Source: Basidiobolus meristosporus CBS 931.73 (lineage: Eukaryota > Fungi > Basidiobolomycota). From it: 64,000 bases of DNA. Below are positions 37,576 to 50,071 of this stretch, in pieces. The number at the start of each line of letters is the position of its first letter. The stretch's first letter is position 1. The DNA lies in assembly GCA_002104905.1 (NCBI GenBank), contig MCFE01000035.1:124001-188000 (forward strand), read 5' to 3'. Under the pieces are notes generated by a model. It saw only the letters and a program-made list of their open reading frames with translations, was not told the origin of the DNA and searched no databases. A program made the position numbers and the translations under genes.

Positions 37576-38713
37576 TGATGTAATGGGGAGTAGAGTTAGC
37601 TGCTGCGTGAGTGCTTATCACTTTATCTGTATGCTGTATCATACTCAATAAAGCTTTTCCGGAGTCCAGAAGACAAGTGGATTAGAATTAAAGATCCAAG
37701 AATTCGAGGCTATGCTCAAATGGGGGATGGAAGCAGTGTTATAATCACAAATGTTTCCAAGTATCAAATATGATTAGGTAAAGAATGACATTAGCTTCAA
37801 GGCTAGCTGGTAAGACTACTGCATTTACAAGGAGCAGATATCTCTGCGCAACATCAAATCTCACCGTTGCACGATGGAGGGACAACCTCTCGTAGAACAG
37901 AAGTGAGGATGAAAGCAGTGTTTTGCCTATATTGCCAGGTTATCCCGAACTAGTGTCCTTTCCTTGCTACGAAGTTGCTGCTGTGAATGGAGAGAGGTTT
38001 ATAAAGTGTGGTGGGTTGTTCAAGTGATGAGAAGTTATGCTGTTTTCTGGACTAAGAGGTTCTCTGTTTTTCCTGACTACGAGCCTTTTTGCTCAGTTAT
38101 TTCTTCATCTCTACTCGAATTTTTTAACAGTCTTCTAAAGGACGTCGGTTGATTCGATAAGCATCTTTCGGACACTAAGAGCAGAAAGGTAGAGAACATG
38201 GCAACTCTACAGAAGAAGGGGCTCAGGTTATATTAAATAGGAAAGTCATTCTACACATAGGATGTAACTGTGTCCAGGTAACAAGGTGGAGTAAAATAAG
38301 GATATGATGAGACACGCCTACATGTCTCTACTCAACACTCAAATCTCATCATTTCTCGAAGAACTCCCAACCATTTAGACGTTCATTATAGTCAAGTGGT
38401 GATTGAATTCCAGAGGCATCTAACAAACAGTCACCGAGCTTAATACAGTAAATAAACCTGGATTTAATCAAGTGGATTGATAAACAACCAACGCCAAAGC
38501 CAGGTGACTGATTGGTTGCCGATGAGGTACCAATTTCAGTCACGCCTACCAAATTGTTTATCCAACAGGGATTTATTATTTTATTCCATCTGAGTAAACA
38601 TCAATCTGTCCGTTTCATAGATCCCATTCCTTCACGGAAGCAAAAAAAGCCCACCACCTTGGGTGCAGGAATATAGCACAACAGAGAGTCAGTCCCTCCC
38701 CACCACCACGCAC

Positions 38714-41700
38714 ATGGCTGATCGCCGTCGTTTCTCTTTGAGTTCACCATTAGTAGAGTCCAGTGTGGCTCAGATTCAGGATACTCCCAATTTATTCCAC
38801 TGTTCAGGTGTGGTAGAGAGGACACAATCCGAAAGAGCTGGTGTTGGTCTGTTCCAATGCCAGCGTATATCGGTCACCCCAAGCTCCATAGATGACCTGA
38901 GTTTGGATAGTTTGGACGCGTCGGAAATCGAATGTTCTATGAAGCCCTTTCCACCCAAACAATTCCCAAAGTTGACCTTGAGCTCGTTTCGTGAAAAAGA
39001 GGGAACAGCGGAAGTAAAGAAACTGGTGAATTCCTCTCAAAACAAAGGTGGACTGCTGGCACCACTGCTTTCCTTGGAACGAATCACACTAACCCACACC
39101 CTATTTGCTTGACAGTCTCTTTCTCTACGAACACAAGACACCTGACGGGGCAATCGTTTTTGATTGATACCTTTTCTTCCGAAGACAACGACACTATCGA
39201 GCCAACCTGCCTTCCCTACAAACGAGCGCTATTAACCTCACCAGATAGTGCGTTGTCAGGGTCAGCAAGGCTCAGTGAAACTCAAAATGGTAAACCATCT
39301 TCCTCTACCCAACTTCTGCCGTAGCCCACTCCTTTCTAAAGCTTTGCCTTACTTTGGGCCGCAGTGTCCCAAGCGATGAAAATGGAGGATGGCTCATTTG
39401 AGTGTATATCCGACACCATGTCTGATCAATCGATCGTTCACTCCACTCCCAAAAACTCCAGCTTGGAGCTCATCCCCGATTCTCACTCGGGACACAAAGG
39501 GAATTCTAAATTCGAAAGAAACCAGGAGATGTCCCCTCTCTCGTCAAGAGCGCCATACACCCCTCGTAGCCAAGACAGGGTCATTGTGTCTGAGACACCC
39601 GAGTCGGAATCTTCCCCATGTCCAAACAAATCGTCCGCCTCATCAGATCTGATTTATTCTAATACGATCGTTGCTTCACCAACCATCGCTGTATCTAAAG
39701 CTGAAAGAAATGGTTATGACGAAATGGAAAAAGCGCTACCTAGAGAAAGCTTCCTCCCGAACAAGATTAAGCTACGAGGGACGAGGCAAGAAATCATCGA
39801 CCCAAGTGTCAGCCCGAGTCACATCCAACCGAGCACTTCTCACAAGAAATCCAATTTCAGCGTTGGTCCTACGGTCATCTCACAGACCCCCTCTCGGCTT
39901 TTGCGTAAACTGTACCGTAGAAGTGGAGGAAAAGATATGTTGCAAAATCGACTGAAAAGCCGCCTTAAGGCCCCTACATTGATCGGGAAGCGCTCCCTCA
40001 GGAATCTACCAAGCGGCACCCATGCAGAAAAGCCCAGTCATTCACCTTCTGTACCCCAGAGCATCGCTCCACCCAAGACTTTGGAGGTTGTGCATCTGCC
40101 AGCAAATCCCCCCGACAAATCAGTTAACGCCCTTTCAGAACAGAATGAAGAGTTCCAAGAGCCTTCTCTTTCGGATAAACCTTGGATCGATTCAAGCAGT
40201 TTTCGGAAGCCTGGACGGCCCAGCCCTCCCAAACAAGAAGGAAACAACGAGCCAATGGACAAAGAGGACGCAATGCAGTTTCAAGTCGAGCTTCAGTACA
40301 CATTTTCCCAGGACCATGATACATCGGTCTCAGAGCTGGCTGAAGACTTGGATCGGTATCAAGCAGTGAGTGCCGGCAATGTGAGTTCCGGAGGCGTCAC
40401 ACCCCAGCCGAAGGCCAGCTCGCAACAGGTAAAAAGGGAGTGTGTGCCACTTGAATCGAAATTCCTTTTCAACAGCCAACCACATGCTAAATCGAGCGAA
40501 TCCTCATCGCTCGAGAACGCAATAGTCCACCGAAAATCCCCTCCCTCCGCCTCCGCCTCCGCCTCCACCCTCAAACTCACCGAGATTCCTATTCCGATTC
40601 TTCCAAGTCAGTCGGGGAGCTTCGATTCCGGTCAAGCCAGTTCTGTCAGTAAGCTTGAGGGCAACCTCTTGAAACGAGGAAAGTCGAGATCCAAAATCTC
40701 CGCAAATCCCAAACTGCCTCCAAGCGAAAAAGAATGCTCACCGCATGCTTCATTCGAGTCCTCATTCAACACGCCAACTGGCCATACGATTGATTTCATT
40801 CCGCCCTGTCCATCGTCAATAAATCCTTCACAGAAGGCCAAGGAGCTAAACCCGCTAGATACCTCACATCCAGCCATTCCTTCAGCATCTAGCCAGCCTG
40901 TTCCTTCGCAGTCCGAGAATCCCTCATCCCCTACCCCTGAGGATAGTTCATCTAGAAAGTGCTCGACCGAATCTTCTTTTGACCATGATACCTCTTCTGC
41001 CTCATGGTTAGCCACAGCAGAGCCCTTAGGAAACTTGCCTGGAAGTGCCAAATCTAACCCGCCTCAATCGAAGCCGGGAAATAACGTTAAGGGCAAACAT
41101 ACCACCATATCTGCCGATATAGTGTATAGTAGTCAGAATTCCCAAGGTAGCCCGCTGGTCAGTAAAGTCCAGGATTCAGAGCAGCGTGACTGTTTTGCGA
41201 GACCGCAGTCGCCATCGAGAAGTACCCCAAAGGCTCCACATGCGGTTCGGCCGAAAGAGGTCGTCCCAGATTCCTGTGATATCGTTGGCGACGAGACGTT
41301 GAGAATGCTTCCTTCACTAAATCCGGCATCGAGAAAGAGCTCCGTTAAAAGATGTAGAGAAGATGAAGAGGGTCCAGCGAGACCCTCGAAGCGAGGAAAG
41401 CCCGAAGATCCCGAGAAAATTCCCACGTGTGATGAATCGGTTGCGGCTCATGACGAAGATGAATGTTCGGTGGAGAGCAATCACGCCACCCGTGGCCCCT
41501 GCTCCATCACCGCTCGAATCACCTCTAGAGGCTCAGCCCTTATCACGCCCTCACCAACCCAAATCCCAAAGGCTGACACCAACATTGTCACCGAGGTTGC
41601 GGGTACCCAATTTCTCGCCACACCACCATCATCAACACCCGCCGCCGTAAAGCTCGATGGACCTGCGAGTTGTTTGGAGCCTCCTACCCCTCATGGCCAG

Positions 41701-43386
41701 CCATCCAAGGAATCATATTCACGTAAGTGTACCATCAAAAGCAGAGACAGCCTACCAGAGTCATCATGTAGCGATAGTCGCCAGCCAACTACTGAGAAGG
41801 ACAAAAGAGTAGGCAGAAGGGCGAAGAGCAAGGATGCCTCGTTCGAGAGGTTCTCTTCATCTTCTTCATCAGAAGATCCTCAGTTGCCGGCAAGCTATCA
41901 GGCCGATGAGCGAGTTTGGGCGAAATGGGAAGGGGACTCGCATTATTATTCGGCTACAGTCGTGGCGGCGGAGGCCACTGCGAGATACAAGGTGAAATTC
42001 GACGATGGTGATGAAGGGAGCTGCGAAATATCCTGCTTGCGCCCCTTGCTCTTGCTGAAGAACACCACGATCTTCGCGGTGAAGACGAAGCGACACATGT
42101 TCGAGGCGAGAGTGATATCTTCAAAGCCCAAAGAACACTACGAGATCGAATTTGTGGATTCCTCGCACGAGAGGCGGATTGTCCAGTCCAAAGAGATTAT
42201 CCTGGATGAGCATATGCTCGCATGTCTGGACCAAAAGGTAGATCGTTGGGAGGAGCATCGCGTTCTCCTGTGCAAACAACCCACCGAAAATGTAAATTCC
42301 TACGTCAGTGAGGACAAGCAGGGGGTCAAAGAAGGTAAGGCAAGATCGAGCTGGCTCGAGTCCAACATGGAATCTAACCTTGTGTTTAGAGCTTTTCAAG
42401 GGGCTTGGCTTCTTGATCACCAACATACGGACCAACAACAGCGAGGAGAGGAAATGCGGCGGTGAAGAAAGCATTGAAGGTAACTGGTGAACCCAGCTTC
42501 TAGATAAATGGTCTCCTGCTTACTCAAGTGCTGATGATAGGGAAATTTGTGGACGACTTCGAGAGAAGCAAAATCTCGGTGCTGATTAAGAAGCACGGAG
42601 GTGTCATCATCTCGGACTTTTCCGACGTCTACAGCGGCCGCGACAGGAATCCCAACCCCAAAGTTGCGGGGGATGTCAAGAAAGTATTTGTGATCGCCAG
42701 CAGCTCTAAACGGACCAAGAAGTATCTTATGGCACTTGCCCTGGGGGTTCCCCGGGTCTCGAGTGTTTGGGTTGCCGAGTGCGCTAGACAGGTATGTAGC
42801 ATGGAAGCCGTACCAAAGGGAAAACAATTGACCGATTCATGGAAACATCCCAAACGCAGAACAAGCTACTAAACCACCAAGGATATCAGCTTTGTAACGG
42901 CTGGTCAAGGGAATTGAACGCCTTTGCGTCAAGTATATCCTCCGATCAAAACGACGGGCTGTTTAACCAAATGACCATGTACATCAACGGGAGCAACACA
43001 TTCAGGGTAGGTATCGCTCAAGCAGGTGTTGGTGTGCTGCATGCTAACGATTCCAATGGGCCATCCATCAGTCCGACTGGGAGTCTACTCTTGAGGCCGG
43101 CGGGGCGTCGATCTTGACCAAAAAGACCCTCACGAACCCTTCGGTCAACCTGGCGAAACCGATCCTATGCGATTATGTGATCAGCGAAAAGGCCCCTACC
43201 AGCAAATTCCTCGAGACGGTAAGACGTCGTCTGCGATGCGCAAACTACTTGAATTCCCCTGATGACGAGCAAGACATCTATCCCAAATTGGTCACCGCCG
43301 AATGGGCTGTGCAATGTCTGGTCAACCAGCGCTTGACTGGTTGGAATCGACACGAAGCCTACACGAAATGGGACCACCCGAAATGA
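38714..43386 (+). CDS. Crb2/Rad9/53BP1-like DNA-damage checkpoint mediator (SQ/TQ-rich disordered region, tandem Tudor, tandem BRCT)
   Basis: Tudor RVWAKWEGDSHYYSAT...YKVKFDDG at about 41905; BRCT LFKGLGFLIT...KRTKKYLMALALGVPRVSSVWVAEC and VTAEWAVQCLV. The 5' exon structure is uncertain. Confidence 0.8.
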
Positions 43387-43550
43387 TCCCGGGGGCCAAG
43401 GCGATGGAGGAGGGAATGGGTGCAGGCAAACTCTAGTAAATATTTCGGAACCTGGTGTAAATAGAATGATTCATCTGGATGGAATAAATGGCAGATTTAT
43501 TTTTATTGCATGTATGGAGGTGGTTCTATACGGAGAGGGTCCGTGGTTGT

Positions 43551-45208
43551 TCAGGGTTGCTTCTTGGGATGCTTGATGCTAAGGCACCAGATGTCGAAGT
43601 ACTCGCACACCTCATGAATCACTGAAATAGCAAAATGGGCGTAGATGACGATGGAATAGACCAAGGCCAGAAGGACATAGTGGTACTCGTACTCCATTGG
43701 GAAAAGGGAGTTCCTAGGTGAGGGAAATTGAATGCCTGGGGTGTAGGCTACCTAGGGGTTCGAGGAGACTTACCAGTTGAAATACGCGGGAAGTGAAGCG
43801 TTCAGCGAACCCAAGATTAGCGGAAGGTACACTCGATGGAAGAATGGGAACGGGGCTTTGGTAACGTGGGCAAGAATGATGCGGCCAACCATATATCCGA
43901 AAGAGCATCCGCAATACACCATGAATATGGTCAAGTGGCTGGTCACAATCGTTGGTGAAGCCAGCAACCAATTGTACACCAGTGCGACAGTTCCAATAAA
44001 CGGCAGAAGTCCCATCAGCGCCACCGCTGGTGACTTGTTGTTCTTTCTTGCCGATCCGACAACATTGATGATACTAAAAGCAAGATTAGAATCCAGCGAG
44101 CCGATGCGATTGGTGTCGTGGCACTAACCTATTGACGACGTTGCTGCCAAGTATGATCATCGAGAGTACGTTGAGGAATACGTTGGTAGGGTAATCAGGG
44201 ATCCAAGTCAACGCGTCAGGTGCCAGCCCAAGAACCTGGCGCAAGGGCAATCTCCAAAAGGCTGAGCCGCCTTCTATGTGTAATGTAATGCTATCTTAGA
44301 ACTGCTCAATTCCGTAGGGAACCGACTGCCCCATCACTTACCTAGCAGCCCGGTTAAAATGAATAAGCTGACAAGCATTACGATTCCCTCCACTGGACCG
44401 CTGAAGTAGCCGAGATAAAGAGTTCCGGTATGGTACTCCTCCCAAGTCGAAAGGTAGAAGTTGCTAGTTGCTATGAAATCGTCAGCCGCTATTGGATCTA
44501 CATTCAGATTGGATATCGGCTACTTACTGGAAAGAAGTGTTACCGCCGTCATCCAGGATTGACCTATTCCCAACACAGATGCGGAAACAATGGTCCCTAA
44601 CTATGGAGCATGGTGAGCAGATCTAACAGTATCTCCTCTTGAACTAGGAACTTACTGCAGTGTTTAATGCGTCACAGCCTACGTTGAGAACAGTCAATAA
44701 ATTTTTCAATGACCAAGAGTATGGAGCCTACTACCGTGGTCGAACATTTCGCCCAGAGGTCCGGAAGTCCCGGTGCGTCGGGCCTGTTTACCATCAATAG
44801 CGTCAAGAGACGCGTAAACCCAGAGACCGATAGCGTAGCTAGAAAGTGTGTGAGAACGCCGCGCGTTGAACAAGTGCTGTGAGTGGAAAGTACATACGTG
44901 AAATACACCCAATTCGGAACCGGCTGACTCAAAGTCGGATCCAAAATCATGACAGTAAGGAAATTCACGATAACACACGAGAAGCCGAGGAGTGTTATGA
45001 GGTTGGGCCTAAATACAAAAATACACGTTGGAACTAGCACTACACGTAGAAGAGAAACAGCGAAACCCTACGCCATCCACATTGGGAAAAACTCCACCAG
45101 TCTTGTCCAGTATGCTTGCAGCACATACTTGGATAGAAGAGATTTGTCAACACCACTGTATCGGTAATTCGACAAGTTCTTGAGGTACTGTTTCTGTATG
45201 TACGGCAT
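43551..45208 (-). CDS. EPT1: Choline/ethanolamine phosphotransferase (CDP-alcohol phosphatidyltransferase), multi-exon
   Basis: [27 protein letters not shown] and the CDP-alcohol motif [24 protein letters not shown]. Sequence alone cannot separate EPT1 from CPT1. Confidence 0.9.
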
Positions 45209-45662
45209 TCTGAGCGAGCTTCAAGGTGTAGTTGCTCCTTCGACAACTTGCACAAAGCTTTCCCGGAATGAGCTAAAATTGGAATGTGGATTGGATTTTT
45301 TTGTCTGTGTACATATTCGAACCAATGACTCGCATGGGGGTATTGATCATATTCCCGGCTCCAATGAACTATCATATGATCGCACATTGACCAATGAGTA
45401 CGAATGAAATAGAGTTCAAAACCGCTACCACAGTTGGCTAGATATCATCGCACAAAGGGGAATGGCGTCGCAGGTTTCTGCATACGCAAACAACCAAGTC
45501 CTTGGGTACCCTCCGAAGGCTGGCTTTGTTTTTTCTCAAGTTTGGAAGTACGCGGGTTACACGTGGTAAATAAACTGTTGGACTTATTGAAAAGACCCGA
45601 CCTCGAGTATGGGCGGTTCGTTTAGGTATTTTCTTCCTGCGACATAGCCAGGATTGTTGGAC

Positions 45663-48087
45663 ATGCGGCACTCACCACCAATCACCGCTTTTTTCTTGGC
45701 GTACTTTTCGACGACGTTGGGCTGGGATCTGGTAAGGCAAAATCATCAGGAGCACCATTATTATGCTATACATTCCACCGCTCCGGTAGAAGTGGCTCAG
45801 CTGTTGGCCCTGGTGCACCACGGTCAAATCGGAGAGCTGGAGAACTACCACCTTTTCTCCTGTCCAAAAATGGGGGAGCACGAGGATCCAGTCGGTCAGC
45901 AGGTCGAACAGTTGCAAAAGCTTCGGTCTGAGGGCCAGCTGGAAAAGCGTTCTTTGTCTGCTTTGTCAAGCATATCTTCACTGGAGAAACAAATACCTCG
46001 ACTTCGAAGCAAGCGAGGCTTAATTCCTCCTCCTCCTCACAGCGCAGCTATTTTTCGCAATAGAACTGCACCCAACAATTCGTATTTGGAAGATCCCATG
46101 TTCCAAAAACAATGGTTCTTGGTATGTATTTGATGTTGCATAGTGGCTAGAAGCCAGCTAATGTCCCGTTGTTTGCCATAGCATAACAGTGCCAAGAACG
46201 ATATCAATGTGACTGGTGTATGGGAGCAAGGTATCACGGGTAAGGGAGTGGTGGTGGCAATACTGGATGATGGACTGGACATGTACAATAAGGATCTCGC
46301 GAGCAATTACGTTAGTGTTTCTTCAGAAAGTCCGCTGACTCGAACATATACTGATGGTTGCGGATTAGTTTGCTGAGGGCTCGTTTGACTTCAACGACCA
46401 TGTCAGTCAACCAAAGCCTCGCCTGTCGGACGACTACCACGGCACCCGTTGCGCCGGGGAGATAGCCGCGGCGAAAAACGACTTTTGCGGGATCGGGGTA
46501 GCGTATGAAGCGAAAGTGGCCGGTAATCCAGAGCATGCCAGTGAGGTGGGATTCGTAGTTGCTGATGGTTGATATTAGGATTGCGGATATTGTCAGGGAA
46601 GATCACTGACACTGATGAAGCGCTGGCCATCAATTATCAATACCAGAAGAACCAAGTATATTCTTGCAGTTGGGGGCCTCCCGACGATGGCAAATCGATG
46701 GATGGCCCCAAGGGGTTGATCTTGTACGCTCTCATGAATGGGATCCAAAAAGGACGAGGTGGGAAAGGAAGCATCTTCATTTTCGCATCCGGGAACGGCG
46801 GGTCCCACGATGACAACTGCAATTTCGACGGATATACCAACAGCATCTACACCGTGACCATTGGGGCTATCGATCATACCAACTCCCATCCATACTATTC
46901 CGAAAGCTGTGCTGCACAGCTGGCGGTGTCCTATAGTAGCGGGCAAGGTAACTCCATAGTACGTATTTTCAGTATCGGATCAGTAGTACATCTCAGCTAG
47001 AACTCAGCCCTCCCCTACTTCTACAGTACACCACCGATGTTGGCCCTGCGAGTTGCTCCAACTTGCATGGAGGGACATCGGCTGCCGCCCCCTTGGCCGC
47101 AGGAATCATTGCTCTCGTGCTTTCCATTCGGTAAGTAGGGCAAGCACGGAACGAGGAGATGGCCCGTACTCACTTCTCCTGTTTTCATAGCCCGGATTTG
47201 CATTGGCGAGATATCCAGCATCTTTGCGTCCAGACTGCAGTTCCTGTATCGCTGAAAGATGACGACTGGAAACCGACCACGGCTGGCCGACTATTCAATC
47301 ACAAGTTTGGTTATGGAAAGCTTGATGCCTACCGAATGGTGGCAGCAGCAAAAACATTCCAATCGTTGGGCTCCCAAATTCGCCTGGAAACCCCTATTCA
47401 GGTGGTCAGAAAGAAGATCCCTCAGGACGAGCATGGCGTCAACAGTACAATCGAGATCACCGAGACAGAGACTGACTCTCTCCAACTTCGTGTACTAGAA
47501 CACATCACTATTCGTGTGAACATCAATCACTCCAGACGAGGCGATCTGGAGGTGTATCTCATTTCCCCAAACCAGGTTGTCTCACAACTAGCCGCCCGCC
47601 GTAGACTCGATGAGAACAAAACTGGGATAATCAACTGGACGTTCATGTCAGTCAAGCATTGGTAAGCTATGATATGCTACTCAGCATCCAGGTCCATCCA
47701 TTGACATTGCCACACAGGGACGAGTCGCCAATAGGGAATTGGACACTCCAAGTGATTGACCGGGTGAACCCCAATGCGGGTGGGGATTTTCTCGATTGGG
47801 CCATCATCATGTTTGGGGTCGAATCGAATCCAAATCTCAAGAATCGGGTAGCAATTGCCAAGGATCTTACAGCGGGGGTCACAGTGGTATCCCCTACGGA
47901 CGTTAGCCGGTCCTTGGCACTGAACATTTTCGCAGTGCTTGGCGTTGTGGGAATCGCATGCTTGATTGTAAAAAGATCCCAAGAGAGAGGTTGGTACAGA
48001 GAAGTCACGCCTGAATGTACCACGGACGAGGCTCAATCAACCAACGAGAGTACAAATCGATTGTTAGAAAGTAGTCCATCCGGCTGA
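45663..48087 (+). CDS. KEX2: Kexin / subtilisin-like proprotein convertase
   Basis: Signal peptide; RSKR propeptide site; catalytic [21 protein letters not shown] and HGGTSAAAP; P-domain; C-terminal TM and acidic tail. Confidence 0.95.
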
Positions 48088-48332
48088 GAGAGTACGGCAC
48101 TCTACCCGTATCTTCGTAATTTCCGAAAGAATCAACCGCACCTACCAGCATGATGGAGCCGTGACAAGCATCATCAGACGTGGGAGAAGTGGGTTTCAAT
48201 TGGAGCCGCTGTGCACGGAGGAATTGAGCTTTAATGGCAATTCTTCACATTATGTAACATACTTGACTCATTATGTCCAATCGTATATTATACTAGAAAC
48301 AATTAAATGTACAGTCATTTGATACAAAGAAA

Positions 48333-49344
48333 TCAGCCCTGTGCTAAGGGGGATGTTAGTTTCACCTGAGACTGGGAGTCGTCCACTTCAGTAACTTTAT
48401 TTTCATCGTCAGCATCGATGAATCCAAGCTCAATTGATTGCTTGTCTGGATCCTCCATGTTGACCACGAAAGTCCTTAGTGGTTTGGCGTTGCGCGAAGT
48501 GTGGTCATCTGAGGAGCCTCCGCTACAGCTAAAAGCATTCGGCCTCAACCTGGACGTGAGCCCTTCGTACAACAACTTCGAATAGATACTCCCTGGGAGG
48601 GCCTGAAGGTGAGCGATCACGACCACGATACATATCTACCGATTACTTACAGAATAGCGTCATGGACATAACTGCGAAATATCCCTGCCAGAGGCTGTTT
48701 CCTAGCACGCTGGTCAAGCCGAGGAATTGCAAGAGCGAGGCGATGGCAAAGTACGCCACTCCGTCTCTCTGTAGCGCTTCCTTGATGCGTAATTTGAAAT
48801 CCCGGGATCTTCTCAGGCTGGATAGGGCGAAGTAGAATAAACAGAGGGCCAAAAGACCCATGTCCACCAGCCCCGTGGCCTGTATGTTGATTTGAGGTAA
48901 GCTTAATTGGCATAGTGGCTCGCTGTGAATGTCCAATGCTATCAACGTGGGCGCCATCAAAGAGATCTTGACCAAGCTAAAGACGCCTCCGATAAGAATG
49001 ATCACTTTGGACTTGCCGTATAGTGCGTACGCCTTTAGAACCAGTAGCCACCCTACAGAGGCTGAGGAAAGGTAGTAGAATACGATGTTTAGATACGTGC
49101 CCAGTACACAGTCCTGATCAAGCATTAGTGAGTGCAGCACATTGCTCAGGGTAGCAATAAACCCCAGGGCGGACTGAAACAAACAGACCATATGACTGAA
49201 GCTTCGTTTCTGCCGTACCAGTAGTAGAGAATTGTAGGAGGTACTCCAAAAAACAATCAGCGAAATGGAATTCACCACCAGGTGAACATTTGTCTGATAG
49301 AACAGCTCACGCTCCGCCGTGTACTCATGCGAGGGATCGGCCAT
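48333..49344 (-). CDS. Orphan 7-TM GPCR-like protein, 2 exons
   Basis: About seven hydrophobic helices; Cys at the top of TM3 (DCVL) and in ECL2 (PLCQ); RDGVAYF before TM6. A GTAAGT intron after LF joins to WSIYSKLLYEG (acceptor choice inferred). Confidence 0.68.
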
Positions 49345-50071
49345 GGTTTCGTAGTCAATAGCTATCTGTTGGGTAAATGCTCTCCTTTCAGAGGTTTCTT
49401 GGGCTGAGGTTTACACGGAAGGAATATTGTGGTGGTGTATAGTTGCCAAGACTGCTCGGCTTGGGCGCTTTTAAATCAATTGCTCTGTGGTACTAGTATA
49501 TATGGATTGATGAAATGGGAAGGGGATATGGGATGATGCGGGCGGGGGGTGAGCCTACTTCCGCCCGCTTTGGTCGAAAATCCAACCACCCAATATATGT
49601 GGAGTAGGGAGCATTGGACTGTTTGTGTGCAAATCAAGCATATGATGGATCACTCTCCCTTAAAAGCGCTGCCCATTTAGTAACATGCAAATCACGATTT
49701 CCAGAAATAGCTGGTTCATATTGAATCGCCTATCAATATCAAGATGCCTTCATGTAGAGTGGTCATTGCCTTACTTCATCCCTAACCAGTCCAACCGGTT
49801 CTTGTGCCATATAGTTTGGTTCCTAGAGTCTGAGCTATTTTATTTGTTTGCATTATCAACAATCCATGGTAGCGCCTACTCAACGGCACTATGCAAGAAA
49901 ATAGACCAGCAGAAAGTGCTCAAATGGTTAAGCAAACAGACCAGCTTATGGATGCTTAGATACTTACCCGAAGGAGCCGAGAGGTACAAGTAATCTATAG
50001 TTGGGTTGAGGCTGTACATTCAAATCAATGTCTGTATAAGTGATGGTGCAAATCGATTGGTACTACATTGT

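Noticed and set aside
49685-49993. 102-aa plus-strand ORF between the 7TM gene and MIF2
   Set aside because: No motif or coding-like composition, and it lies in probable promoter or 3' UTR sequence.
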